Shown: positions 41,101-56,700 of the stretch, one piece after another
Layout of the letters: every line of letters begins with the position of its first letter
Numbering within the stretch: position 1 is the stretch's first letter
NCBI RefSeq assembly: GCF_964355755.1
Contig: NC_092675.1
Location: 30,290,912-30,354,911, forward strand
Length of the DNA stretch: 64,000 bases
Origin: Antedon mediterranea
Lineage: Eukaryota > Animalia > Echinodermata
Reading direction: 5' to 3'
Position numbers and translations under genes: made by a program
The notes under the pieces: generated by a model
The model's input: the letters and a program-made list of their open reading frames with translations, nothing else
Database searches by the model: none
What the model was told of the DNA's origin: nothing

Positions 41101-44100
41101 GTACAATACTGACAACTGAACAACAATGTGATTGATTAATACTGCTATTTTAAGAAAGGAAAACTGAATACTATTTAAAAATATAGTTTTCCAGTAGGAA
41201 TTTTAAACAGGTGAATGCATCTTACAAACGAGGCAAGTTAAATATAGAATGACTGGGTTTGTCAGGTGAGGTGGTTATTATGACAAACTTTGAATGAAAA
41301 CACAATGCACACATGTTTAGAATATTTTACAGTTATTCATATCTCAGTGTTTCAATTTGCTGCATTGCTAAATTTAAGAAACAATGTTTTTTGTTTGTTT
41401 TTAAAACATGTATCCAACAGCAAACACATGTCTCACCAATTGCATGATGGGAAACAAGTCTATACTTGTATGAGAAAGTGGTACATGGCATGACAAAAAT
41501 CCTGGTACAGTGAGACCAAGTCAGGATTTGACCCAATGACCCTGGAATTTGGAACCAATGACCATTTATTCTATCTCTAAATTAATTTTTTTTTTCTTGG
41601 AACTAAACTATTCTATCCATTGCAGTTAATTTTTTTTTAAAGAAAAAGAATCCCTTTGTGAGCGACAAAAAAAAGCTTATGATGTCTGACTGAAAGTTGC
41701 GAGGCAGTAATAAAGTGGTTTCTCATTGTGGTTGCAATTAAACTGGCAGAAGCCTTAAAATACAAGTGGAAGAACTTTGGAAGAATATTGGGCTAGCCTT
41801 GGTCAACTCCACCCAACCAGCATGACCTGCCATCATGTGAAACTGGATCAATGAGATAGCTAAATATAAAGCAGTATACATAACCAACCAGCATGACCTG
41901 CCATCATATGAAACTGGATCAATAAGATAGCTAAATATAAGCAGTATACATTAAGGAATATCAAACAAACTCAGAAGTCAAAATGAAACTTCTGAGTCAT
42001 TAAATGTAAAAAAAAGGCAGGTGGGTCAAGGTTGATGGCGCTAGCAATAACGAAATAGGAAATGATCCGAAGGGCGTGGTGGCGCTCAAGTGGCAAAGCA
42101 ACACACCGTAAACTGTCATCACAAACAGATGAAGAGATTGGAATAGCTCATACTATAAAACCAGGAATCCTTAGATTAAGGAATAAGTACTACCATTACT
42201 TAGGAATGCCAGACATTTGTCAACATCAACGGATGAAATGAAACCATTAAATTGGGATCTCCTTATCTTCAACAGAATCAAACGAAAACATTACTTGTAT
42301 GTTTAGATTGCAGATTAAGAGTTTATGAGAATGATTGAATTGCTATAATAACATGTGATGTTAATATCCACACTCTCGTGAGTGCGTCAAGTGGCGCTTG
42401 TGACAGTGATATGGGCAGGTTCCAATCGTGAAAATAAAACTGAATTTGAAATAAAAACTTTATAAAGTGATGAATAAATAAAACAAATTGTAAATTGAAT
42501 TTAGGAGACTTAAGAAATGTCAATTGTTTTGATAGATTTAAGCAAAATAAAAGTAACATTGAATGAAGATAAACGATTTTTATGTAAAATAATTTGATTG
42601 CATTATATGAATAAACAATTGATTCCACCCACATTATCAAAGATTTTTCAATTAGTCTTATTTTAGTCCACCAATTACTTTATCTTTACACGTTAATCTT
42701 ATAATGGGTGAGGCAGTATTCAATCAAGAAAACTCAAACTATTTCTGTAGATTCCATGACTAATGACAGCCATATTCAGCAGCTACTTAAAGATCAATAC
42801 AAGATGTTTGTTTCAACTGTGATCATGAGTTGAAAGATTTGGATTGAAATACTTTGGGGAACTACATTGACAGCCTTATGATTTACCAAGAAGTGATTCG
42901 ATTGGTTGACAGCTTGAAAAAACATTTGACAGGTCTTAAAGACATGGAACATGATTGGTAGACAGATTATAAAATGAAGAGTTGGCAGATCTAAAATAAA
43001 GGTTGTGATTGGGTAATAGTTACTAACAATATTATGAAAGCTTATTTCAAGGGCTGTGATTGGGTAATAGTTACTAACAATATTATGAAAGCTTATTTCA
43101 AGGGCTGTGATTGGGTAATAGTTACTAACAATATTATGAAAGCTTATTTCAAGGGCTGTAAAGAAAATTGAAAAAAAAAGACAAGATAAAATCAACCTTT
43201 TATGATTGGATAGCAATTTTAATCGCTTTTGACAGTTTTAAAATGCATATGCATGATTTCTCTTTCAAGTGTTTTTTATGTTTTAATTTGAAAAGTGTTA
43301 TCTGTCATAAACCAACACATAAAATTATGATGACTGTAGTGCATACATGATTTTTTGCAAAATGATTCTGCAAGATTTTCCAATTCATTCAATATCTTCA
43401 ACTTGGAAGTGTGACTTCTTGTTGAAAAACTAGATATGTCACCCCAATATCATGGCAATGAGCCAAATCTGTTATATGAAACGCTTCAGCAATTAATACT
43501 TAAGCCGATGGTGAAAACCCCACCCTTGAGGGACAGAGTACGTACCTCTAAGAAAGATCTTTCTTCTTGGTTCAGACCGTTTCTTATTGTAAATGACAGG
43601 TATCATGCAGCCAAGCTTAGCTAGGTTCGTCTGTGTGAAGCTAAGAAGAATGCATAACTTGTGAAGCTGTTTATGAGGCTTGCTGCCTGCTGGACTCTGC
43701 TTTGCTTGACTGGATAATTCAGAGTAAAAACTTGCCAGCTTTTGATGCAAAAGTTTCCAAGATATTATCAACCTGAAGACAAACAAAAATAAAACCAAAT
43801 TACAATGAAAAAATTGGCATTATGAAGGTTGGAATTATATAATTTAAGAATACTATATGAACCTGAGCAGGGTTGTTTTAGTATGAAGATGTGTACTATT
43901 AAATTCTTTAGTAATAAATGATTTAAATTTTACATTGTTAACTAACTAAAATGAAGTTACCTTTGTAAGGAAAAGTGTTCATAGCTGTTACAACCGCTAA
44001 TGTTGATACAACCGCTAATGTTGATACAACCGCTAATGTTGATACAACCGCTAATGTTGATACAACCGTTAATGTAAAACAATCCACCGCTTATGTAGTA

Positions 44101-47100
44101 AAACCTCCAGCTAATGTAGAAACACCAACACCTTATGTAGTAAATAAAAATCAACACCAGCTAATGTAGAACGGAGCGGTGGATGGTTGTATATTAAGGG
44201 TTGTTTTGACTTTAGCTGGCGTTTTCTACATTAACGGTTGTTTTGACTTTAGCTGGCGTTTTCTACATTAACAGTTCTAACAATAGCCCATTTTTTTTCT
44301 CCCATCCATTTTTACAATTAAAGCAATGAATATTTATATTGTATTTATTGGCTTGAATTAGCAGTATCAATGATAACAAAAATAATTAAAAACATCATTC
44401 TTGTGTTAAAAATTGTAATTAATAAATAAATAGATGTATGTGGTTTGAATTTTATATGAATCATGTACAGATTACTTCTAATAATGATTGAATGTCTTCC
44501 TGTGACGTACCTAAACAATTGCTACTGGAAATTCAATCCATTTATATTTCGCATTATCTTCTTTTTTTTTAGGGATACGGAACGTCACTACTGTGCATGG
44601 TACAGAATAAACCATGTTATCTACATGTCTGAAAGTTAGCCAATAATTATCCAGATAATTTGGCTCAGTTCAAAGCTCCATGTGCACGCCCACCTGTTTA
44701 AAAAGGTGATCTGGTTTTATTTTATCCACTATTAAATTACTTGTGAATGGTAAAGGGTAAATTACTGGCACTTAGAAGTAATAGGTGATATCCCGAAATG
44801 ACACCTGCAAAGATTGAGTCAATTTCTACGAACATTTTAATACAAAAAAATTATATTTAATGATTTTCCTATTTCTTGTCGTCTTATTGCTCTTTTTAAT
44901 ATCGATTGACATTCTTTTTTTTAAAAATTATATTTTGGCACGAGATCTGTTTGAACCTTTCGTGCAAGTAGTGACCTGAAAACCAAGAAGTGCATGGTAC
45001 TGTGCTGTGTATTTTACATCAATAAATGATATAAACAAACTTTATTTGATGAAATGTGATGTTTCTGTCTTATTTAAAAAAATAAAATAAAAAACAGTTG
45101 CATGAACTGTAGATACTGATGTTTTCTGTTATGCATTTATATATAGTGATGTATGAACAATATTTCTTGAGAAATAACTTTGAATTAATCAGTAAATACT
45201 AAATGTTTTATTTCTGATTCATACAAAAGCCTAATTTCTGACTTTTAAATTGTGTAGCTTCGTGTTTAACATTTCTATTTTTTTTATTATGAAATATAAA
45301 CAAAATTATTATTAAAGCTTTGTCTACACTATCAAACAACTTTGACAAAAAAAGTGTGATGTGCCCAAATATGGTAGTGGTATGCTTAAATATGGAAGTG
45401 GTTATGCTTAAATATGGTAGTGATATGACATAATCATGTCGATATACGGGTACATCACATAAAGTTTGATAGTGTAGACAGAGCTTAACAATAACCCAAA
45501 CAGGAGAAGTAGAACGAGTATCATGGAATAACCTCTCTCTGCACTCTGGCTCGCTGCTGTCGCAAAATAAGTGACAGATACATAAATGACGCTGCAAAGG
45601 TTTCTATTTCACAATAATAGAAAATTTTAACCCAGAGGTATTATTTAATTAAAAGAACTGAAGCAATGATAATATAAGAAATAATACAAGAACGGAAGGT
45701 GATGCACACAGCAATTATTGTTTTAATTGTTGATGGTGATCTGCCAACATGTTGAGAAAACTTAAATATTATCCCTTTAAAATCATTATAAAATCTATAA
45801 GTGTATGTATGAATGATCAATCATTCTTCATTCATGATAGCAGACCTTGAATAGATTCTTATCTTTAGGCAAGTCTCAGCAACATTCACTAATCTTCCAT
45901 CCATTAATTGAACTATTATGAAAATTCTATAATTATGCATAAATTGAAATCCTTTTATAGTGCAATTAAGAGCATGACATTTCAATATATCACATGATCA
46001 TGGTCATACATTAATGTACGCATGTCAAGGCTGCCAATTATTAAGATTATTATTAGACTGAAATTTAAGTTTTCAAATATTAATGATGTATTTTCCCCCC
46101 AAAAACATGAAAAATGAAGATTAATAAAATCAAACTTTCAATACACAGCTTCCATATGAAAAAAAAACGAAAAAATGTTTTCACTTATAACATCAAAATA
46201 AAAATGTTAAATTCAACCAAAAACCCATTGGCTGGCAGCCAATTTGACTATTTTTTGTTAAATTACAGTTTTTCAAGTAAATTTTTTTGCCATTCAAAAA
46301 AGTGGATAACTATTATGTGACATTAAAATAGCATATTCAACAAAAAAATTTAAAAAAAATTGTTTTTCGGGGGGACAATATATCTTTAAGGTACTGAAAA
46401 TCAGGCAAAATAATTGTAAAAAATTGAAGTACAAAATTAATTGTAAAAACTGAGAAACAATTTAGTTAACATGGCCTGGAGAAAATGTAAGCAATCGTAA
46501 ATATAGTGAATCATTTGCTGTCAAATAAATCAATCAAATCAAATTGTTAAATTATATTGTCCAAAATATTTAATTTAAACAATGGACAACTGGTGACCAG
46601 TACTGCCAGGGAGTGACTAATAAGAGGCACATCGTTCCTAAAGGTTGTAAACCACATTGATACTAAGTGCTGTCATTAAAGTTAATTCATCTTTACTTTA
46701 TTATTACTTATTATAATAGGCACATTGCCAAGGACTCTATCAATACTGAATTATTTCACTGTCTTAATAATACAAACGACAAACACACAACAAATGCAAA
46801 ATCATTTTCAGGAGAATGATATTGACAGATAAAACACAAATTCTGACATGACATACAAAATGTGAAATATAAACATTTCTGCTTGAATTTGAATGTAGGT
46901 GGATATCATAATACTATATTTGGTATAAATATATATATAATAATTCTCACAAATTTCTTCATCTTATCGTTTTAAATTAATTAATTAAACTTCAGTACAG
47001 TATATCACCGGGCAGTAAGAATATTTTATTTTAAATAAAATATTTTACAATAAAAAATTAAAAAATTTAGTACTGTAAAAGGAAAATCATATAGATATTC

Positions 47101-50100
47101 GTATGTCCCTCAATATAATAATCTAAAAATAATAATAAATGGACAAGTTAAGGTTTTAATAGTTTTAATGTTTGGTAGTTGTCTGGGGTAGCTGTTATAT
47201 GGGCTAGCTGGAGCTAGAATACCCATGGTGTAGAATCATACCACAACCAGTTGATAGCACCTAGTGTACTGCGTGGAGTGGACATGAATACATGCATTTT
47301 GCCGATCCATTCGGTATTTGTGTGTAACATTCATAGTATAGAATAAATTATTGAGGGCCCATTCATGTCTGTATGTATTGATACGTGATTCAAGCTTAGC
47401 ATATTCAGACAAATAATTAAACGCCTGCCAGGAAATATTAAGCATTCAATAAGACGACAACTATCTGTATATCAATTGACATTTTTTTTTTCAAAAACAT
47501 ATACAAAAAGAAAAGATAATAGAAAAAAAAAGCAATGTGAGAAAAAATAAAAATAAATAAATAAATCATATTCTGTCAAGAATAGTTGTCAAGACATTTA
47601 GCACTACCCCTGGATCCGCCCCTGTATACAGACATTGTGCACTAACACAGTAAATATTAAGTGCAGGATGATACTAATACTTACATAAGTAATAAACAAT
47701 TATATTTTTGCTGAGCTCATGCTAGGCTTCAAATTTGTGAATGTTTTTACAGCAATTAGGGAGACAAGAAGACTAAATACAGGCTGACAATCTTCAATAA
47801 CAATGGGAAAAGTTACCTTGAACAGTTAAATGTATGCTATCAATTTGTACTTAAAAGTATAGTTTAAAAAGAGAAGACAAGAAGTCTTCATTAATTGTTT
47901 ATCGCTAATCTATACATGATATTGTTTTAAACAAGTACCGTAGATAATATTCACATATTTGTGATCTTGACTTTGTGAGGTATATTGCCGTATTTAAATA
48001 ATACATTTAATAACTATATCATACGGGAGAGACCTACTAGATAGTGATTCAGTTCGCTTTATAGGAATCCTGTTTCTGCCTTGTTGTGTGTGTTGATTTT
48101 TCTTGTTCTTTTTTTTCTATTTAGTGTTGTTTTTTTCTTGTTCTTTGTCCATGTTTTGTATTGTATTTTTATTTTTCAAAATCATTGAAAACTCCAAATC
48201 AGCGTGTTTTTACATTGTACTAACCAGAACTTAAAAACCAAATACTTGCATAACTAAAAGACTATTTACAACTAACCTTTTAGCTGGAAGATGTCTACAT
48301 GGAACTTTGGTTCCAGAATGCCACATTGAGCGTGTCAACGACCCGCGTAATGATTTAGTTTGATCTAAGATTTCTTGAATCGTTGCAATGGCTTTCAGTC
48401 TGGCTGCTGGTACAACCCGTTCCACATCTTGGTGTCCTGTTAAACTCTGGAAGACGGCAGATTCCATGACATCACTTTCGTAGAACTTTCTTTCAAGATG
48501 AGGAAAGTCGAAACTTGGTTGTACAACTCTTGTGTATGAGTATATTGAGTTCAGTTTAGATTCAGAATAGTGTAACAACCGATATAAACAAGCAAATGCT
48601 TTTATGTGTTTTTTTTTACCGCTATTACTTGCTAATAAACTTTGTAACACTTCATGTATTATTTTCAAAACATGTGGAAGAAGGTTTTTATGCAATGTGT
48701 CCCAGTAAAGTAAAGTCATTGTACATCTAAACAAAAGGAGAACTCGGAATATACGAGGATAGCGTTTGGCAAACTTTGAAAACTCGCTGTTCATGTTGGT
48801 TGAATCTGCCCTTAGAAGGTTTCCATCACATTTCATCAGAACTTGTGTGAGAAGAATAATTAATTGAGCCGTGTGTTGCATTAAAGATTCAAAAGTTACC
48901 GACCATTTATCAGTGATTGATACGCCAAGACCCCAAGCTGATAGTATTGCACGATGAGCCTTTTTAACCAGTACTAGTAACTCATTCAAGTCAGTAGTTG
49001 AATCAAGTTTGCCATCGATACTATCCATGGTCCCAAAAAATATTTTACCCTCATTTGCCGATGCAAACTGCCTGCTATAATCTGAGAAATCGCTGCTTGC
49101 TGTTAAAGCACTCTTCTCATCTATTGCTTCTGGAGTAAGGTTTAATGTGTCTGGTTTACGGAAACCAAACAAAGCTGCTCTTTTTAAAGATGGGAAAGGG
49201 TGCGAATTGTTCTGGTTAGGACTTATTAGCATCTCAGGCTGCTTAGAGGCTTTCTTAAGTTCAAGTGTATTTATGTTTAAACCAAGCTTCCATTGCGAGT
49301 TTAGTCGAATGATCGTTTGATGAGCCTCAGTAAGGTACTGTTCCATAGTTGATTCACATGTTAGATCCTTTGGTAAGGATAACACTGTCACAAGATAGCC
49401 ATCTGAACACAACACCATTGGTTTGGAAGGATGTGTGGTCACTGAAAACCGCTGCTTCATCGGGTCACCTTCTGATAAGTCTGAATTTTCCTTGTCTGCA
49501 TTATTTGTTGTCCTAAAAAGATTTTGATAAAGATTGTTTTTTAAATGTGTGTATATTAGATATATGATAATAAAAACTGCTATAGTCATAGAGCCTTAAC
49601 CCATTAACCTCACCTTAAATTAAAACAAGATAAAATAACAAAGAAACATAGTAAAAAGGCGTAGAGTTTTATTGGGTTTGGGAATTGTTTTAAATCTCAA
49701 GGTAAATTAAACTCTTTGGGTTTGTTATTATTTAAATTATTTGAAAAAATAAACATCAAAATTAATTATGATGAAGTCAATAGAGAAATAAAATTAGTCA
49801 AGAAAAATAGTTTGAGGTCTAGAATTGAGTCAATGTAATAAACAAGTAGGAGAACTCGCGTCTGGTATAATTAATGGACAGGCTTCTGGCAGATTGCCAA
49901 CTCATCCCCGATGATTTACATTTCACATAAATTCATCGAAAATGCCAATCAACGGACCGACTAAACTCACACACACATTATACATGTCACATAAGTCTGC
50001 AGTTTACTCTCGTCTTGGCGTTGTCATGACAAATATAGCAATTAGTTGAACACACCCTAGAAAAATTGTTCAGGTGGGACTGTTTTAACGCCAGTTAAAC

Positions 50101-53100
50101 GTCGATAGCATTTGATAAAAATATTGCTGTATCTGTAACTAATTTCAATCATCATAATGATTAAAAAGTAATTTCTAATCTTTAAAATAATTTCATAATA
50201 TTGCATATGTTATTACTTATATCTTAGATGTCTACAGTGAATCAGTCATGTAATAGTCATAGTTCATAAACCCATACAATTATCATTTCTCTTTCAGATT
50301 TAACTAAAAACTGTAATATAGTAATGACTGTACAGACATTAGAGACAGTCACAATATGTTACATCAGTAAATGGCTGCATGGTACATTGTATGTTGCTAA
50401 CAGTGAACTCAAAAACATGTATTATACTGGCTATGTCTCCAGATATTTTGTGTCATCTTCTTTTTTCCTGCAAAAATTCATTGCCATATGGTCCAATTTA
50501 CACAGACAAGCAGTATATGGTAAGTATACGGTAAATGTTAAGCGGTGAACAAAAATATAGAATCTATATGTTACTTCTTACATTTACACAAAACACGTCA
50601 CATCTTGAAAGTAGCTTTAGATATCAACGTCTAAGATTATTTATAAAAGCACCCTCTATTGTTTGATTTTTTCAATTCAATAGGTTTCAATTTGTGGAGC
50701 GCGCACTGCATCTTTTTTACTATACTGTACTTTCATAAATTATCCGAATATTTCACTTTTCCAACTCATTATGTCATTAAAAGTAAAAACGTTTAATTTC
50801 AGATATAGATCTAGACATGTATGTAGGATGATTTTGCACTAAAAAAACACATTGAACAACCTCACCTTATTGTGACCACAGGGTGAAACGGTAAAAAATA
50901 TGCTGGTCCCAACTCAACAGAACATCCTTCTGCTTGTAAGACTAACAGATCACCAAGTCGTGAAAACATACACAAAGAACCTCTTAGGGTGAAGCACACA
51001 AGAAACAGAGAATCTGGCGTCCATTCCATGCTACCGATGCGATATGATCTACAAACAAAAGATATATAATAAAAAGTTGATTTAACATTGTAATGAATAA
51101 TAATATAATAAAACAAATAAGAAAAATTAAAATTAGTACAGAAGCTTTTTATTTTTTTTTTACTTAAAATTTTAAAATAATTCTAGTAATATAAGTTGAG
51201 GGTAAAAATACAGAAAATAGCAATTTCAAATATCTAAATATCATAGTTTGTGCAGCTCAAAGATACTTAAACTAATGTACATATAATACTTATTTAAAAA
51301 ATCAGGTTTATACTTCCAATACCACAGTCACAGAAGGGTGCTTGGTGATCCAAAAGGAAAGAAAATCGAAAGCCCACAACATGTACTTTTTCAATGTTAT
51401 TCAAGACATTCGTCAAAACAGCAGATGGGAACAAGATAGCGAGGATGAGTTTTTGGGTAAAACTGAAGGGGATCTTTCATAACCCATTGCCATCGTCTAC
51501 TAAACAGGAAGAACATGTCAATAGTTATGTACAACAGTTACACTAGCTACCCTGTTTACACACATCAGACACACCAGACTATGCTACCAAGAGCCTATGG
51601 GAGATCTAAAAGGGGTACATAATGTACTTATAGCCTGACTAAGCATATAATTTGTTAAAAAAACAGGAAACGATCATTCAGAGGTATGTATCAACCTGGT
51701 AGGCTCACGGGAACGAATACGCAAACTGAAGGGGTAGAGGTAGTATTTTGGGAGAAACGAAACACAAATTAAATTCGTTCACGGATATGATTACATGAAG
51801 GTCTTGAGACAGATCAGTTGTATCATGTTATCTTTACTCAGGGGTAAAAGAAGGTCCATGGTGGATCATAGGGTGTAAATTGGAAAGAAAACAGTAATTA
51901 CAACGAGGAAATGAAATGCAATAAAGTAACATCACAAGAAGTAGTATATACAAAACAGATTGAAATAAGACGGTTTCATACTGTTGATAGCGTTGCAGAG
52001 TTAGGTATGTTAGTATGGATACAGTAGATTAGTTCAATTGCTTTCAAAATGCAACAAAGTTTGGCGTCAAAACTCTTTCAACCTTGATCATCAAAACCTA
52101 ATCAAAAGAAATTAATCAAATTCCTAATGAATAAATCTCGCTGATCAGGTAAACTTAAAGATAGACATTGTTCTGATAATTTAGCAAAGACTTATCAACA
52201 ATAAATCTGTGATATCTACAAATCTGTAATTGAATCACCTTTGAAATATTGACCTACATATTCTAATTGCTTCCTTTCTAGGTCACCATACACATTTATT
52301 GAGAATATGGAATTTCCTGTAAAAGGTCTCATAAAATTCTGAAATATCATGTATAAACCATAATTTAAACTGATTTCCAAACTTGTCATTTTTTATATCA
52401 AGAAAACAAATTCCAAACAAATATCTGTCAACACTGAAAAAAACAAGGGTTTAAAAAAATAAAAATATTGAAACCACATATTCCAGTCTCATTGCAGTAC
52501 TGTAGTTTGAAAAATGAGTATTTGCGTATCCAGGTCTGTCTGCAGTAAAAGATGAGTATTTGCATATCCAGGCCAATCTGCAAACATGAGTATTTGTATA
52601 TTCAGGTCTGTCTGCAGTGAAAGATGAGTATTTGCATATCCAGGTCTGTCTGCATTAAAAATGAGTATTTACATATCCAGGTCTCATTCTGCAATAGTTT
52701 TTTTTAATGTTGACTCAAACTTTCCTGCTGTCTCAATATCAGGAATATATCAAGGGACTCAATCATTTAAAATAAAAAAAACTACATTTCGTCTGAGAAA
52801 ATTTAAGAAAATATTTCAGATACAACTGACTATTCTAATTAAATAGAGTTTTACTTAGATTGATTGCTTTAGATAAGTACTACTACAGGGGCCAACATTT
52901 GAGTGCCAAACTCTTGCAACTTAGTACGTTTTAAGTTAATATTGAGAATGCTTATGTACAATAATAAAACAAATCATCTGCTACACTGCCATCATATTTG
53001 TACACATTAAACATCCCAGAATAGAAACTCCTTTAGGATTACTAAATATCACAGAAAGTAGTCTTCTATCCTACAATATCATCTTTTAAAAACAGGCGGG

Positions 53101-53760
53101 AATTGTACTAACATCTACCCACAGGTTGTGAAGCAACTCGCAGCTGTTACAATGGGATACACAGTTGTGAACTTGTGTGTGAAACATTAGCACGGTATTT
53201 TTTTCTATCACACTCTAAGAAAGTAACTATATATGGATAAAATGAAAGTATAATGTTAAAAAAATGCCATGGAAATCATCAAAAAACAAGTTAGCACAAA
53301 ATAATGACATTTCAAAAAATATTAAATTAACTTGGAAGAATTTGGGAAATAAATACATGATTTCTTGATGTTTTATTACAGGGGAGTAGCTGAGTGGAAA
53401 GCCTAGGGGATACATGAATCATAGAAATGAATTATTATTCATCGTCTGCATTACACATTTCTATACTGTTGTTGTATTAATGCACCTGTATTTTAACAAC
53501 AGTTTCTGTATTTGCAGATGTTTTTAGTGAATGTATGTCTCAAGTCTGGAAAAGTATCTCATAAATGGCAGGCAATAAAGTTTGATGGCATTTTCAAAGG
53601 ATTGCTGATATAAAGTTTGCGGTCACCACGTCTATTAGTTCTAACTGTTCAGTTTCTCAATGTTTGGATCAATATGCTTTGATCGTCCTCAGGAATGAGA
53701 ATTTTCAAAAGACACTGCAATGCCATATTTATGGATTTGTGTATTATGAAAAAATGTTAG

Positions 53761-53795
<35 letters not shown>

Positions 53796-56700
53796 TAATA
53801 AAATGAGTGAAAATGCAATGTTAATAGTGTTGCTGATTTTTGTTATAAATAATAATATGACCTTTTGATGAAATGAGTTAATCTAATTATTTGATGATAA
53901 TGATATATCTCAGAAAATAAAGACCATTGCTTTTTTTATTTTTGAATTACATATGCATGCAACAATGATTAACTCACCAATTACAGGATGGATAAACTAT
54001 TTTATAATTTATCATGCAAATAAACCACATTTGAAGCTTAGGGAGTGGAGTTAAAAGATTCGTGAGTTGCAAACCTGGCACTAGGTCAGGATTGAACTTT
54101 GGACCTTGGGATTGGAAGGCAACGGGTTAACCACCAAGATAGCTCCACTACAAAACTTGAACTAAGTTGCGTTAACATAAAATGATTTTCACTGCTAGAA
54201 ATAGAAAATGGTGGTGTTACAGAAGAAGAAAGATGGTTGAACAGACGAAGGAATATGGGAATTTATACCGACGTTTTCACTATAAATGTAATAGAAAACA
54301 TATTCTAGGTAAAGAAACTAGATAACTGAACAGGTGTGTTGAAACTGACAATGACTGACAGATTGAATGACATCAACAGGTTTGATGAAAAGACACATAC
54401 ATTTATACAAAAAGCGTGTTTAATACAACCATTTAGACAAAAATCTATCAAGAGCAGGCAAAGATAGGTTGACTAAAACAATTCTTAGTGTCTGAAAACA
54501 AATATTTTCAGTGTTATTATAATAATCTTTAGCATCCCAAATTCCCAGAGTACTTTGCAATCTAAATCGAATATCTTAAGTTTGTTCTCTGGTGTAAAAC
54601 ATGCTGTCACAAACATTTTGTTGATAAAGAATTAATATTGAGTGTGAATTGGGCTAGTAGAAACAAGTAAAGTGATTTAACCTTACATAAAAACAGACAA
54701 CTTTCAACAGGGCGTTGCCGCTGGATCTGTCAGGCATACGTCTGTTGGATCACACTATAGAGACTTATTAGAGTACTGTTCAAAGGGATGACATTCAAAT
54801 TTGATAACAAAACTTGACATTTCAACATGTAGTAGCATGTTTATTATATCCCTTGAGGTGTTGAAGATGCGTTTACCAACCCATCCCATTAATTTATCTA
54901 TTAAGATAGTAAGTTGATACATAAGGGGGTTGATGACTAGTGAAGGAAGAACTCCTCTTGGACAAATCTACAAACTATCTTATCCTTTTGTATTCCCCTC
55001 AACTTTCATTTTTTATATGAACGTCAGAAGTGAAACTCTACAGCTTCGTTCAATTCGGAACAAAGCTGTGAGAATATAAACAAAATAAATCATTAAAATA
55101 ATTGTGAGTAAAGGTAGTTTAAATATTTATTTCTGATTTCAAATTTAATAAACACATACTATTCTAAACTTATGCATTTCTACATGTTGCTACTAAAGTA
55201 AAACTAACTGCTTTAGGAAAAGTAAGAAATCTGCTAAGTGTAAAGCTCTGTCTACACTATCATCAAACTAGTTTGATAAAAAAAGTGTGATGTGCCCAAA
55301 TATGGTAGTGATATGCCCAAATATGGTTGACATCTTCATGTCACTTTTTTGTAACATAAAGTTTGATAGCGCAGAGTCTGACAGAGCTTAAGTATGAGTA
55401 GTACTCCCACCAAGTATACAAATGATCTAACCTTAATTGTGTCATCATCAGGAATTATGTACGGCTACTGTATATAAACATCATTACATGATCAATCAAA
55501 TAATAATATATCATAAATATATTTCGAATAGTACTTTCTCATTTTTCTAATGTATTTTTTTATGGATACAGTGTTTTCTGAAGTAAATAATGAATGAATA
55601 GATAATAAAGTTCTGACCAATCATTATGACTAATCATACTAATCCTAAAGTATTGACCAATCATAATTAATCTTTATTGACCAATCATGAAGTACTATAA
55701 TCTTAATTTCAGTGGTTGTACCTAAAAAGATTTCTTTAATGTTTTAAGCTCTTTTAAAACTATATTTAAGAACTCTTTCAAAATGATATTTATCTTGTTA
55801 ATGTAACTATCAAATATTCAGTATTTTAGGGGAAAAACAAAATTGGTTAAGGTAATTTGGGCTTGGAAATATACCGAATTTAATATTAATTTAAAAAAAG
55901 AGCAAAATTTAAAATGTGAAATCAAAACAAATGACAAAGCTGACTGTGACACATTTGCAAACAGATAATTACTAAAACAACTATTATTTCTCTAAAAAAT
56001 AATAGATTATTCCAAGTAAAAAAACATGCATTTTTTGTTAACATTTTATCAGGGGTGCTAATTAACGTCATTTGCTTGTTAAAGAGAGTTTAAACGTTAC
56101 TTTCACTGCGGCAGATTTGAAACAACTGATTTAACATCGTAAATGTCACTATGATAGTGAATTACAGTAGTCGTCAAATCAATGTTGTTAACTTTCACAA
56201 TTACTCGGCTTCTTCTGCTTTACCAAATTTGAATCATCTCTTTTGTTGACAATTCTACATTATTTCTTTTATATAATCGCAACCAACATAAAATGTTGGA
56301 GTGTTCTTTCAAGTACAGCCAGCAACAAACGTCTATCATAGTACGCTATGAACTTTGTGTCAAAACTGACAAAACAACAATTATTAGTTTAAAATAAAAT
56401 GTTATTAACTATGTTTAATGTACAAAATACAAACCAGCATTAACCCCTACCCTACAACATACGTAGTATACTTAAGTTGTTATAAAACGTTTCTAAGCTT
56501 ATGATGTTTTATTGCCGGTATAAACATAGATATTATTGGGAATTTTTGGTATCATAAATTTGTTTCTCACTAATTCAAATGCATTAGATAGAAATGTTAT
56601 TAGTATTATTAAGAATAAAAACTGTTGAAATCACAACAGTGTTGTTGGTGGGTAAATATTCTCAACAAATGGTTTCCAAAAAAGCAAGTAACAACACATT

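Noticed and set aside
42000-43260. Possible decayed LINE endonuclease/RT region
   Set aside because: Only faint motif remnants; cannot be supported without a search.
43957-44169. ORFs with repeated GCINIS / TTANVD peptides
   Set aside because: Translations of the 18-bp repeats of the TGT...ACA element.
51330-52340. Possible decayed LINE ORF2 on the minus strand
   Set aside because: Composition is suggestive but no clear motif was recoverable by eye.
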